Of a stretch of DNA of 64,000 nt, positions 13,540-26,117 are shown piece by piece; position 1 is the stretch's first letter; every line of letters starts with the position of its first letter. The DNA lies in the NCBI GenBank assembly GCA_951406725.2, contig OX597816.1:16616001-16680000 (forward strand), in the 5' to 3' direction. A model generated the notes under the pieces. It made no database searches, was not told where the DNA came from, and worked only from the letters and a program-made list of their open reading frames with translations. A program made the position numbers and the translations under genes. Source of the DNA: Octopus vulgaris (taxonomy: Eukaryota).

Positions 13540-14689
13540 AAACAAAAAAATAACTATATGTTCAATAATTGAAACTCATTTTCACTTAGAAATCAGCTGG
13601 CCTATTCTAGTTCACAACAACACAACATCAGCTTAAAACAAATAGAACAGCTGCATACTACCTCCAGTGTTATCTAAGTACTACAAGGATTTTTTTAAGA
13701 GTTGATATAATGAGATTTGGTACATGACAAATCTTTCTGAATTTTTGACATTTAAATAAAAGGAATAGCAATAATTTTGAAAATTTTTCTTCGAGGCAGG
13801 AAAAGCTTGGAAAAATGTTAGTAAAAAAAGAATTTTCAAGAATTGTGATAATTCTTTATATTTCAATGTTTTAACGGAGTATATTCTATAAAACATTGAC
13901 AATTTTATTCATGGTATGCTGGGGGCTTGAAGTAGATAGAACCTGCGAAAGAGAGAAGCCTAAGAAGACTTGGAATTAAGTGAAGCTGAATTTCAAGAAG
14001 AGAACCATGATAGTTAGTGACATGATAACTATTTTGCTATGCTTACACAGGTGGGTGTGCACAGGTAGAGCAACCATTGTAAACACTACAAAACAATAAT
14101 TACCACTCTTTATCCTCTACTACATATAACAAGTTGTATTTTAGGTGTTACTCATTAATTATTACAATTACTCTACCTTTATTTTTTACCCATCATCATT
14201 ACCATTACTTTGTCTCTACTCACTTCCATCATGATGCCTATGGAATGAGGGCTGTCACTGAAACTGTCCCCACCCTCCACTGCTAAACATCATTCTATCC
14301 TTCATGTGACTCTTAATTCACAACCCCGTCTCTTATTGTAACAGATTTATATTGTCATCCTCTTATGCAGTTCAAGAGGATTTCTATTTACCGTTCTAAC
14401 ATTAATGAATGTGAAGCTAACTCTGCCTTTCTTACATTATTCCCTTCTCCTGCCACTCTTACCATAACCCACCTCTGTTGCTATCCATCATTCATGCCTT
14501 CTTACCAAGATACATATATACTGCTATCCCTTCATGCTTCTCAGACTGTTTTTCAATTCAATTTCCTATCAACTACCAACAACCACCACCATATAATTAC
14601 AACTCTCTATTCTCTTTTACTCCTCTACCATTCCTCATAGTCCCTATTCACACTCTTGGTCATCCCTCACTTCCTTTCCGCATGTCTTA

Positions 14690-14882
14690 ACAGTTTTGGG
14701 GAAGGGGGCAAGTCGAATGTATGAATCCCAGTGCTCAACTTGTATTTTTTATTGACCCCCGTAAGGATGAAAGGCAAGTCAACCTTGGTGGAAATTTTTA
14801 CAAAATTTTTTCTAAGTAAAAATGGATGAAATTCTGCTAAGCATTTTGCCTGATGTACTGATTCTGCCAGCTTCCCGCCTTA
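14690..14882 (-). mobile_element. SINE family B, decayed
   Basis: Core and head recognisable. Confidence 0.7.
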
Positions 14883-14984
14883 GACATCTATATATTCTTT
14901 TCTACTCTAGGCACAATAGAGAACTTCTTAGTCTTGCTAAGGACAATAGCAACCTTCCTAGTTTTGATGCCATGATAAAATATC

Positions 14985-15181
14985 TCTGCTGCAGTAGAAA
15001 GAGGTGTAGGAACCGGATGAACCATTTATCCACCTCTTTCAAGAAATTTAGCCCTTCTGTTGACCTAGCTATTTTCTCACTCCATCTAGCAGGTATCTCA
15101 TCAATTCTTGGAGCTATTAATGTTATCACAACTATTATTAATATATGATGAGAAGGAATATTAATAGAACAACTCCCCCTA
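14985..15181 (+). pseudogene. COX1: NUMT: nuclear fragment of mitochondrial cytochrome c oxidase subunit I
   Basis: In the invertebrate mitochondrial code it reads [23 protein letters not shown] / (frameshifting deletion) / [43 protein letters not shown], which is the COX1 barcode region. Confidence 0.96.
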
Positions 15182-15985
15182 CACTCTATAAAGTGACTGG
15201 TTTTTGGCGGAGACAATATGCCATAAAGAAGGCCATTTAGTTTTGTCAAGGACAGAACTCAACAAGTTCTTTAATGTTAATCACATGATAAAATGAACTC
15301 AGTACAGTTTGTAATGCATTAAGTGTTTGGAAGGGTATCCAGCACATACCAAAAAATGGAACACACAGGAGAAGTGTGGACAATTGGTATATCTATAGGA
15401 TCAGTAATTCTGGATAAAAACCTGACATGAACCAGGATGTGTGTAGGTTTTTCTATTCATGATTTCCATACTGAGTGGTGCATGGTGTTTTTGAGAAATG
15501 CACATCATTACATATTTCTCCAGTTCACTCAGCAGTAAATGAGTGACAGAATGGCATCCTGTTCAGTCACTTTTATGTCATGGAAACCAGGTGATTGCCC
15601 CTATGAGTCCTAGAACTTGAGGTAGTGATGTCCAAGGGATGATGATGATGATGATGGACCAGGATAACCCATTCAACCCATTCTAGCATGAAAAACATAA
15701 ACGACGAGAATGATGATTATAGTGCATTTGACTTGACATTTATGGGAAACACTACTCTTCAGGAAAATTCATTGCTAATTGAAAGAATATTAAAAGTAAA
15801 GAATTATTATTTTTTTTAAATTGAAAGGTAAAAAATTATGTATGATTAAATCAAAGTTGAATATTTCTTTTCCTTAAAGACAGTTGTTCTTAAAATATAG
15901 GTCAAGATCCACCAAGAGGAACATGTAAGAAAACTTTCATGGAGAAATTTGTTCAGTTTGGTTATTAGATGATGAAGATGATGAT

Positions 15986-16158
15986 GATCATCATCATTTA
16001 ACGTCCGCTTTCCATGCTAGCATGGGTTGGACGATTTGACTGAGGACTGGCAAACCAGATGGCTACACCAGGCTCCAATCTGATCAGGCAGAGTTTCTAC
16101 AGCTGGATGCCCTTCCTAATGCCAACCACTCCAAGTGTGTAGTGGGTGCTTTTACGTT
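15986..16158 (-). mobile_element. Family C, 3' part
   Basis: Reverse complement of core and tail. Confidence 0.8.
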
Positions 16159-17149
16159 TATACATAAAACAATAAACTTAAAATACACATGCAAGAAAAT
16201 TAGTCTACAAGATTTAAAATGCAAGGATGGAATTTAAACTGAATGAGAATAAAACAACAGCAAGATAGACTACCTCAGTTCAGTTCTCGTTTAGCTCTTG
16301 TTTCATCCTCGCTTTTTTTTTTTTTTGGTGCAGTAAGCATTTAATGATTGCCATATAGAAATATTTGATGTTGATGCAAATGAATATTTGCTTAGAAGAT
16401 GTTTCTATATTTTGCTATCAATGTTCATTTTTGTTGGGTGAAATGAAGTCTTGATTTTATAAAGGTTTCAACATATTTGGACATTGTGTTTGTTGTCTAA
16501 GAAAAAGAAGTGTTTTGGGAACAGAGTAAAAATGATATAGTTGTTAGTCTAGAAATATATTAAATGCAAATAGTGAGTCGTATTATTAAGTAGATGCTTT
16601 TTGAGATAATCTAATTGTGATAAGTATGTACTTTACATATAATATCCACCAATAACGAGAAAATTTCTCAATTTTCTAGGATAACTTTATGTCACATAAA
16701 AATTAATTCAATAAATATTTAAACAAAATTTTAAATGTCTTAATTTTGAATTATTACAGAATTTAAATATTCGTTAATAGAAATGCATCTTGAATAATAT
16801 ATGCTGGATACTGTTTTAAATTTTATTTTCAGAATGTTATTAGAAAGTGTACTGATGGTTGCTTCTGACTGGATCCTTTGGAGGAGGTGCCAGAGGGCTC
16901 TATCCCAAAGACCATCCCAGGAATAATGGGAAGAGAAAATGAAAGGAATGGATGGACGGAATATTAATTAACTATTTATAATGTAAAATTGAAAATACTA
17001 CTCCAAGGATAAATCATTAAATCTGTCACAGAATATGAGAGAAAAATAAAGATGAATGAGCAGAATAGTTCTTGCAGGCTCTGGAATAATTAACGGGAAT
17101 TGAAAAGCGAGTGAAACTATAGAGGGAGAACAATCCCTTGTATAAAAAA

Positions 17150-18092
17150 GAAGTGCAATGAATCTGTTTTGCAAAAGGGATTTACTTTCGTGCCTAGCTA
17201 TAAAGAATACTATCCTGTCTACTTAATTTGTAATGAATATTTAGTGACTGGAAATATGAAGCAGCAAAATCAGAAAGATATCTTCATGCTACATGTTTCC
17301 AATACAGATTAGTCTTTCAGTGTTCTTTGTTTTAAAGATTACTGAAACAGGTATTTTTGGAAAATCATACATTGGTGATTTTTTATTACTCACAAGGGGC
17401 TATACACAGAATGGGACAATACAAAACAAGAGAAACATAAACTATGGGGAACTTAAAATACAAAAGACGATGAATTAAGACAAAAAAATTAATGAAAACG
17501 AATGAAAATATGAAAAGATATAAATGAGGTGCAATGCCCACTTGACCCCTGAAGTTGAGTGGTTATGTTTCGGCAATTTTTTTGCCTTTTTTTCATAAAT
17601 GAATTTCACAAAAATTACAAAGGAATTTTTTTTTAAAGTCTCTCATAATCTATTATGGTAGGTGGGCTTTCATGTAGCCGACACCATTTCACCAATTTAA
17701 CGTTCTGTACGAAGCCCTCCATGAACCATACATTGGTTTATGCCAAATGCTTAAGAGAAACATTCATTTTTACAAGGTAAGAACTTAACAAAATAACTTG
17801 GGTTATTAATGGCAGATGGAATCACAGAAATTGCTCATGGAAAGACTGAAGAGAAATAAAGAAAATTCCACTAGCAATGTAAGTACTCTTTTACTTGTTT
17901 CAGCCATTTGACTGTGGCCATACTGGAGCACCACCTTTAGTCGAGCAAATCGACCCCAGGACTTATTCTTTGTAAGCCTAGTACTTATTCTATCGGTCTG
18001 TTTTGTCGAACTGCTAAGTTACGGGTACGTAAACACACCAGTATCTGTTGTCAAGCAATATCAGTGGGACAAACACAGACACACAAATGTAT

Positions 18093-18124
<32 letters not shown>

Positions 18125-19982
18125 TATAAATGAGGGTGAAAAATCGATATTAATTTAATAATACCATTAATTTAACACCAAGTGGCTTAGCACAAAAAAC
18201 TACGGAGAAAATACAAATTTATACATAAATTATTAGAGAGTTATCCACTATGTGGATAACTCTAGTATGTTGATTCTAGTATGATCTTCTGTGGTTGCTT
18301 CGGAGCTATTTTTAGCACTAGAGTTATCCACATAGTGGATAACTCTCTTAATTTATATATATATATATATATATATATACTAGGGCTTCTTTCAGTTTCC
18401 ATCTACCAAATCCACTCACAAGGCTTTGGTCAGCCTGAGGCTATAGTAGAAGACACTTGCCCAAGGTGCCACACAGTGGGACAGAACCCAGAACCATGTG
18501 GTTGGTAAGCAAGCTGCTTACCCCACAGCCACTCCTGCACCTATGTGTGATGCTTACAGCACCTAGGTTTCCCAAGCAATCACCCGAAAAGAACCGGTGC
18601 TTTCAACGTGATGTGGCCCTAAGTGTAGTGTAAAAGAATTACAGAAGTTAAGAATAAACAATTTCTGCAATTCATTGAAAGAATTAAAAGAACTACTAAG
18701 GTGATTAAGTTTGATGAATTGACCAACATTACAAGTGCAGCTCAACTTTTGATATTTGTCAGATTTTCATGTAAAAACAGTGTACATAAAGGATTAACTG
18801 TTTTATCGATCATCTGATGAAAAGACGCCAGGAGAAGTTTTATCAAAGGAGACTGTTTTTTTAAAGGAAGTAGATGTAGAATAAAATAACTGAGTTGGTG
18901 TATGTAGTGAGAGTACAACAAGAAAAAATATTAGGATCTTAAAGTTAAATTTGCATACAATGCATTGATAACATTTCCTGGCATGATTCATTAAATGGCA
19001 TTAGAGGCTTAAAAAGTTCTTCAGATCTAAATGTGGTAATATAAAGTAATATAAGAAGCAATTAATTATTAATTTCCTTAAAACTCCTTCATTGAATAGC
19101 TGTTTTTGTGTAAATCTAAGCCGGAATATGAGATATGAGTTCATTAAATTTTTCCTGAATTCAGAAGTGTTAAAGGGATAAAGTTTGAAACATCTAATTG
19201 ACTGAAAATAAAAATAAAAATAAAAAGAAATCTCCTCATGAAAAAAAAAACAAAAAAACAAAACAAAACAAAAAATTACCCTCAAATCTTGCAGAAATTC
19301 CTTCATGATTAGAACTGGCTGTGAAAATTACGTTATTTGTCAGACATATTTGAGAAGTTTAATGTGTACGTCTCTGAAAGGTGTGAACACAATCATTTTT
19401 ACAATGAGAGATAAAAGTGAAGTGTTAATGAGCAAACTGAACCTACATACAGTGCAAACGATAGACATGCAGTATTCATGTACTGATGATTTTATCTATG
19501 AAAGTAATTTAACTTTTAACTTGATTAAAGTCAAACATTTGCTGTATCTGAGAAGAAACAAAACAATTCTGCAAATATTTTCTACCAGACATAGACAATA
19601 GTAAATTAGATTTGATCTGAATCCATACACTGCAGCAATGGAACAAGTGAAATATTGTTCTTTAAAGGATGAAGAAAAGTTTGATGAGCGATCATGCAAT
19701 TCTTGTTTCAAACTTGATTTTTTTTTTTTTTTTGAAGTAAAGAATTTGAATGCTTCTCAGTTGAATGCGAAATCAGAATTTCCAATATCAGGATTAGTAA
19801 ATGGTAGCTTTCCACCATTTTCTTTTACGTTTTTCTGTAAATTTGCATTTTATGTTTAATGGCAAGAGATATATCACTCAACGAATACAGTAACAGAATT
19901 CCCTTAAGAATATCATTGACTAACATTATGCCATATTTTGATGTACTGTGCCAAAACAAACAGGCACATTGATCCTTACTGA
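17150..19982 (+). mobile_element. Decayed hAT transposase, Charlie/Buster (ZBED5/SCAND3-like), interrupted by younger repeats
   Basis: Collinear broken motifs: GFTF..YPVYLICNEYL..GNMK (BED-like), KIPL, VGVCSE, YLSDIFEKFN/SLKG, PFSFTFFCKFAF (dimerisation domain), terminal LRISLTNIMPYFDVLCQNKQAH. Confidence 0.8.
17885..18544 (-). mobile_element. SINE family A with an insertion in its central (TA)n
   Basis: Both halves present, separated by foreign sequence at about 18125-18355. Confidence 0.88.
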
Positions 19983-20142
19983 CACTATCTCTCTGTCTAT
20001 CTGCCTGCTTGCCTACCTACCTACCTACCTACCTACATTATCTTTCTGCTTGCCTGCCTGACTGCCTACATAACAGGAAGCTTTACGAAAATAAACAAAA
20101 GAGGAAGGCAGGTGGAGTACAAACAAACAATTGTATTAGTAT

Positions 20143-20352
20143 GTATTTCTTTATTGCCCACAAGGGGCTACACATAGAGGGGACAAGCAAGGACAGACAA
20201 ACGGATTAAGTCGATTACATCGACCCCAGTGCATAACTGGTACTTTATTTATCGACCCTGAAAGGATGAAAGGCAAAGTCGACCATGGCAGAATTTGAAC
20301 TCACAACATAGCAGCAGACAAAATACCACTAAGCATTTCGCCCGGCGTGCTA
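20143..20352 (-). mobile_element. SINE family B inserted in a Penelope-type fragment
   Basis: Splits the 20070-20490 repeat, which is contiguous at 11905-12050 and 38100-38292. Confidence 0.82.
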
Positions 20353-20380
20353 GGCGCTCAGGAATAGAAATAAAACAAGT

Positions 20381-20416
20381 CTTTTACGTTTCAAGCCTAC
20401 GCTCTTCAACAGAAAG
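20381..20416 (-). ncRNA. Minimal type I hammerhead-like motif in a Penelope-type fragment (20070-20490)
   Basis: CUUU-CUGUUGA-A-GAGC-GUAG-GCUU-GAA-ACGU-A-AAAG: stem I, stem II and a palindromic ACGU stem III. Confidence 0.55.
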
Positions 20417-20740
20417 ATACACAGAAAAGAAACACGGAGAAAAACAAGGAGAGAAAAAAAATGCGTGCAGTAGCTAACGATTCAACATGGCTTGCCTATC
20501 TATCTATCTATCTATCTATCTATATAATAAACAACATTCAAAATAACAATAACAACAGGAGGATGTGCACACGGAATGTGTTACTTTGATGCTCAGTAAA
20601 AAGAGAGAGATTTTGATGTTCACAATATAGCTCTTTGTCAGAAAGGGAAAAGTCCAAAGGAGGAAAAAAATCACCAACAACACATGTGTAGCTACATTGC
20701 TGAAACGAAAGTGCAGATATATATATAAATATATATATAT

Positions 20741-21320
20741 AGTAGTATATAATTAAAAGGGCAGGCAACAGGTTGCTCTGCCGCATACCGAAAGAATTAG
20801 AAATGGCAGTCAGAGACTGTTTATTTCCATTTTCTACAAGTGGAGGCTCCATATACGACATAACCCTCCAATTCACATACGCAAAATCGGAGTAGCAAAT
20901 AAACGATTTCTTACTCCATTACGATTATCCCGGTGGTGCGCATGGCAGAATTTTGGAGGGAGAATTTACGGTCTCAGTCGTTTACTTAGTTTTAACCTAT
21001 GCACACTTCCCCCCACTATCTGATGACGCCTGATCAGAGGTGGAGGCTGGTGGCATTTGATAAATCTAACGAAGATGGTGCTGACGAAAGAATTTAGGCA
21101 ATTTCTAGCCTACGATCTAGAAACATGTTCACCATTAATGGTAAGAGATTGTTTTCGTTTATTTGCTACTCCGATTTTGCGTATGTGAATTGCAGGGTTG
21201 TGTCGTATATGGAGCCTCCACTTGTAGAAAATGGAAATAAACAGTCTCTGACTGCCATTTCTAATTCTTTTGGTATGTGGCAGAGCAACCTGATGCCTGC
21301 CCTTTTAATTATATACTACT
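20741..21320. mobile_element. Foldback/inverted-repeat element with 166-bp arms
   Basis: 20741-20906 is the reverse complement of 21155-21320 with about 5 mismatches; 248-bp spacer; TA runs on both sides. Confidence 0.85.
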
Positions 21321-22163
21321 ATATATACTGAACTCTACAGAAGTTCCAGACGCTAAAAGTCATATTTACATACCAAAATTTACCGGTAAATAATTGTTGG
21401 TTGTCTAAAAAACCATAAAAAAAAAATATTTACCCTTTTATTATATATATATATATATATATATAGATAGATAGATAGATTGATAAAACTTACTTGGAAA
21501 AGGATGCGTGGCGTTCGATCATATAATAATATAAATAATATATAAATATATGCATATTATACATACATATATGTACATACCTACATCTATATGTATATAC
21601 ACATGCATATATGGGTACAGGACACCAAAAAAATGTAGAACACAATGAGAAACGAAAACATAAAAACAAAAACATGGAAACGAAGTATTTTTCAAACAAC
21701 AAAAAATCAGAGTACAAGACATACAACACAAGGAATATTCCCCTTCTTCAGTTGTCCCTGTTTTGTCTACTCCACGTTTCAAAGGTAAGGACAAGACGCG
21801 ACATTGTCGAAACAGTCCTTCTCGCAAAGCAAATTAAATAAAATTTGGGATTTTTTGCAGAGGGGTAAAAGTGGTAACAAGAACAGGACAGCAAGAACAA
21901 AACAAGACAGTAAAAACAATACAAGTAAAAACAGTAAAAGACAGGGCAAAGAGAATAACACAGTAAAAACAAACGATGAGGGCTGTTAAGCCAAGATGAT
22001 GGAAAAATTATTTTGAACACTTGAGGAGACAGCTTATTATGAGAGACAGGACAAACGGTCTTGTCTTGGTGAAGATAGCAGTAGGAAAGATGGCTTCCCT
22101 CTGGTCACATGTCAGTGACGAGAGAGCTGAGGAGGAGGAACAGCCCTTATCATTTGTTTTTAC

Positions 22164-22329
22164 ACGACGGGCTTCTTTCAGTTTCTGTCTACCAAATCTA
22201 CCCACAAAGTTTTGGTTAGCCTGAGGCTACCATAGAAGACACTTGGCCAAGGTGCCACAAGTGGGGATGAACGTGGAAACGTGTGGTTGGAAAGCAAACA
22301 TCTTACCACACAGCCACGCCTGCACCTAT
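22164..22329 (-). mobile_element. SINE family A head
   Basis: 5' half only. Confidence 0.75.
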
Positions 22330-22467
22330 ACATGTATATTTTACTTTGTTTTTTGTCAATTAACCACACGCACCATACATTAGTTTTCACTTCAGTTTTA
22401 TTATGGATAGAAATTCAATGAAGAAGTCACAGAATGTGTGATTAAAAATTTCAGACAAAGGACACTA

Positions 22468-22496
<29 letters not shown>

Positions 22497-22498
<2 letters not shown>

Positions 22499-22920
22499 TC
22501 CCTGTGATCACAATATAGCGGCGAAAGAATTTTACAAGATTAGTAAATATAAAGACCTGCTAATAGAAATTGAAAAAATGTGGCATCTCAGGGCGACTAC
22601 AGTACCAGTGATTGCAGGATCTCTAGGAATGATAAAAAAAGGTACTGAAACCTATTTGAAAATGATTCCAGGCTTACCATCCCTACAGGAAGTGCAAAAA
22701 ATCGTATTAACTGGAACGGCTCATGTACTGAGAAGAGTACTATCGCTGTGAAAACAACATCCATCCATGAATTTATTTATTTATTAATTTTTAAATACAT
22801 ATTTTATCTGTGAAATTGCGTGTGTAATCTGGGAATGCATACAAAGAGCATCTCTGCCCTAGGTGTATGGAAAACACTCAGCGAGAAACGGAAGAAAATT
22901 TGAAGAAAGAAGGAAAAAAC

Positions 22921-22949
<29 letters not shown>
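22497..22949 (+). mobile_element. 5'-truncated R4/Dong-clade non-LTR retrotransposon (C-terminus of the restriction-like endonuclease region, 3' UTR, TAA tail)
   Basis: Stop-free frame 22497-22751: IPCDHNIAAKEFYKISKYKDLLIEIEKMWHLRATTVPVIAGSLGMIKKG...LQEVQKIVLTGTAHVLRRVLSL*. (TAA)n on both sides (22469-22498 and 22921-22949). Confidence 0.9.
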
Positions 22950-22951
<2 letters not shown>

Positions 22952-23334
22952 AGCTGAAATGAAAATAAGTATACAGTGAATGTGGTTAATTGGCAAATGA
23001 AAAAAAGACAGAATGATGACCATCCCCAAATATAACAATATTTTGATATGGATATTAGTAAAATATTGAGTGATATCAACTTAATCTGTGTGGCACCTTG
23101 GACAAGAGTCTCATGCTATGGCCCCAGGCCAACCAACTCCAAGTGAGTGGATGCAGGAGATGGAAAATCTGCCTCAATATATTCCATCAGACCCATGTAA
23201 GCATGGAAAAATGAAGATGACGATGATGATGGTGATGATAAGGATGATGATAATGTATATGCTTTCTGACTTTTAGTTTGGTATGAGTTAACTTTCTTTG
23301 GTATAATTACAGATGGTTATAGCTTTCTGCTGTG

Positions 23335-23620
23335 AACGTGCATGGCTTAGTAGTTAGGACTTTCAGCTCATGATCCTAAGGTTGTGAGTTCGATTCCTGG
23401 TGGTGTGTTGCATCCTTGAGCAAGACACTGTATTTCACATTGTTCTAGTCCACTCAGCTGGTAGAAATGAGGTGTACTTTAATTGAAAGGGCCAGCCCTG
23501 TCACTCTCTGTGTCACACTGAATATCCCCGAGAACTACATTAACTGTCTTTAGAGTGCTCAGTCACTTAACATGTTAATTTCACGACGAGGCTCTTCTGT
23601 TGATTATATCAAGTAGAACA
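23335..23620 (+). mobile_element. tRNA-derived SINE (E-related head)
   Basis: tggcttagtagttagg...gagttcgattcc A/B boxes. Confidence 0.65.
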
Positions 23621-23927
23621 CTAACAGAGAGTCAGGAGGTGAGGGCCATATCTTTTTATTACCACTCAAATTCTATAACACTGAAAGACTATCGCAAGAA
23701 TATTTATTTGCTAAAAATGGATTGCAAGGGAAGAAAGATTAAGAAACTTAACATTTTAATTTCATGACGAGGCTCTTCTGTTGATTATATCAAGTAGAAC
23801 ACTAACAGAGAGTCAGGAGGTGAGGGCCATATCTTTTTATTACCACTCAAATTCTACAACATTGAAAGACTATCGCAAGAATATTTATTTGGTAAAAATG
23901 GATTGCAAGGGAGGAAAGATTAAGAAA
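23565..23927. repeat. Tandem duplication, two ~181-bp units
   Basis: 23565-23745 is nearly identical to 23746-23927. Confidence 0.93.
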
Positions 23928-24474
23928 CACCTATAAGAAGTGGTACCTAGATAAAGTTTGTAAGTTCAATTTCTAAGTAGGAAATATTAAAAACATCAGA
24001 GTATAGCTTGATTAAAATATAACCCAAATTTTATGAATTGAAATATGCCAGTTTAAAATAAAGTAAAAACTCAAAAAACAAACCAAAAATATTCTAAATT
24101 TTTGTTATATATTATGAATTCTGAATATATTGCTGTCAAAAGCCAGATTTTATTTCTCCATGCTGTTCATTTTATTTAAAACAAAATAGAGAAAACCTGA
24201 ATTTGGAAATGCTAATATAAATTACACTTCAGCATTTTTGCAATTCTGAAAATCAAACAAATCAAATATGATTTTTCATTATTGATTTTAAAGGTAGACA
24301 AAAAAAAAAAAAAAAGAAACGCAGGGGGAGAATATACACAAATAAATATATAGGTAAGCTAAATTCATAGCATATTTAAAAATTATATATTTGGTCTAAA
24401 AGAAGAAGCAAAACAGAACACAATGCAGAAGAAAGGAGTAAACAAGAGAAAGAATGAGGTAGATAATCAGTATG

Positions 24475-24545
24475 TGTGTATATATATATCTATATATATA
24501 TATATATATATATACATACACATATATATATACACATATATATAT

Positions 24546-24588
<43 letters not shown>

Positions 24589-24595
24589 TATACAT

Positions 24596-24646
<51 letters not shown>

Positions 24647-24670
24647 TATGTATGAATGTATATGTATGTC
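24475..24670. repeat. (TA)n/(CA)n compound microsatellite
   Basis: Direct reading. Confidence 0.95.
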
Positions 24671-25762
24671 TTAAACTGTGTATATAATATAAAGGGGAAG
24701 AGGAGAAAGGAGGTTTTTGTGAAATTTTGTTTGGTGTAAAAATTATTAATGTAGGTCAATCAAATATGAGAGAAAACTGTAGACAAAACATGAATACAGA
24801 TGAAAAATAAATATTTTTTTCTCTATTCATGAGATTAATTTTGAACGTATTGAAAAAGAAAAATGAAATCTTTTTGTCTAACTTTTACGTCAATGTATGC
24901 ATGGGCAAACAGACTTGCACACGTCTGTGTGTGTTTGTGTAGGGGGTTGTTGTTTTGTCAGAGAAACTGTACCAAGGCCACTGTAGGTCCTCTTAGGTGG
25001 TGAGAGACTGATGTGGTTAATGTTCAACTTGAACATCAACAATTTGGTGTCTTTAAGGAATATATGAACAGAGAATTACAGAGAGTGGTATACAAAGGAG
25101 GGAGAATTGAGCAAGAACCCAGTTTAGGATTTGTGGATGAGAAATAGTAGGGTTAATGAAAAAAAAAGGGGGCAGATACAGTGTCTCAGCTTGAGTGAAG
25201 GTGGTATTGAAGCTGGTTAATTCTGAAGACAGATGTTATTTAGAGTTTTGATAGAAAAACACTGAGGGAAGAAAATGCAAAACTGTAGGCTAGATTTCCT
25301 AGTCTTGGATGAATGAAGGTTTGCCAATCAATCAGATATTACAGTGACGTAACAAGGGGTCTTAGCCCCTAGGGCCAACATGATTTTAGTTTCATCACCT
25401 TAATTAAAAAGTATGATAGGCAAGAGGAAATTTTTTGAACCTCTTTACATTTGAGCCTGTGGCAATTACTGCCTCTTCATCTCCACTCTCTTGCTTTGCC
25501 TTTGATACATAATGTGAGATATTTTGTGTGCAGAAGATACTTGAACTGTACTATAATGTAGGTCATACTTGAATATTTTTAAGTGTCAACGTACATGATT
25601 GCTCAACAGGTTATTTGTAGAGTCTTGACTGTTTTATTATGGAGGGATTCAGAAATTTAGATGACAGGCAATAGAAACTTAGGATGGATTTAGGAACAAA
25701 ATGAAAGATTCATGCTGAATACACACATTCAATACTTGTTTTCAACTGAAGTACTAATTCAT

Positions 25763-25764
<2 letters not shown>

Positions 25765-25813
<49 letters not shown>

Positions 25814-25876
25814 ATTTATATATATATATGTATATTATATATATATATATATGTGTATATATATATATATATTTTT

Positions 25877-25955
<79 letters not shown>

Positions 25956-25956
25956 T

Positions 25957-26027
<71 letters not shown>

Positions 26028-26051
26028 ATATTAATCTACTACAAGTATATG

Positions 26052-26117
<66 letters not shown>
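25765..26117. repeat. Long imperfect (TA)n microsatellite
   Basis: Direct reading; source of the YI-repeat ORFs. Confidence 0.95.

Noticed and set aside
14822-15148. 108-aa ORF ending in COX1 sequence as a functional or chimeric gene
   Set aside because: It starts in a SINE and only its end is the frameshifted NUMT.
18324-18332. TTATCCACA (bacterial DnaA box)
   Set aside because: Coincidental within a palindromic eukaryotic repeat.
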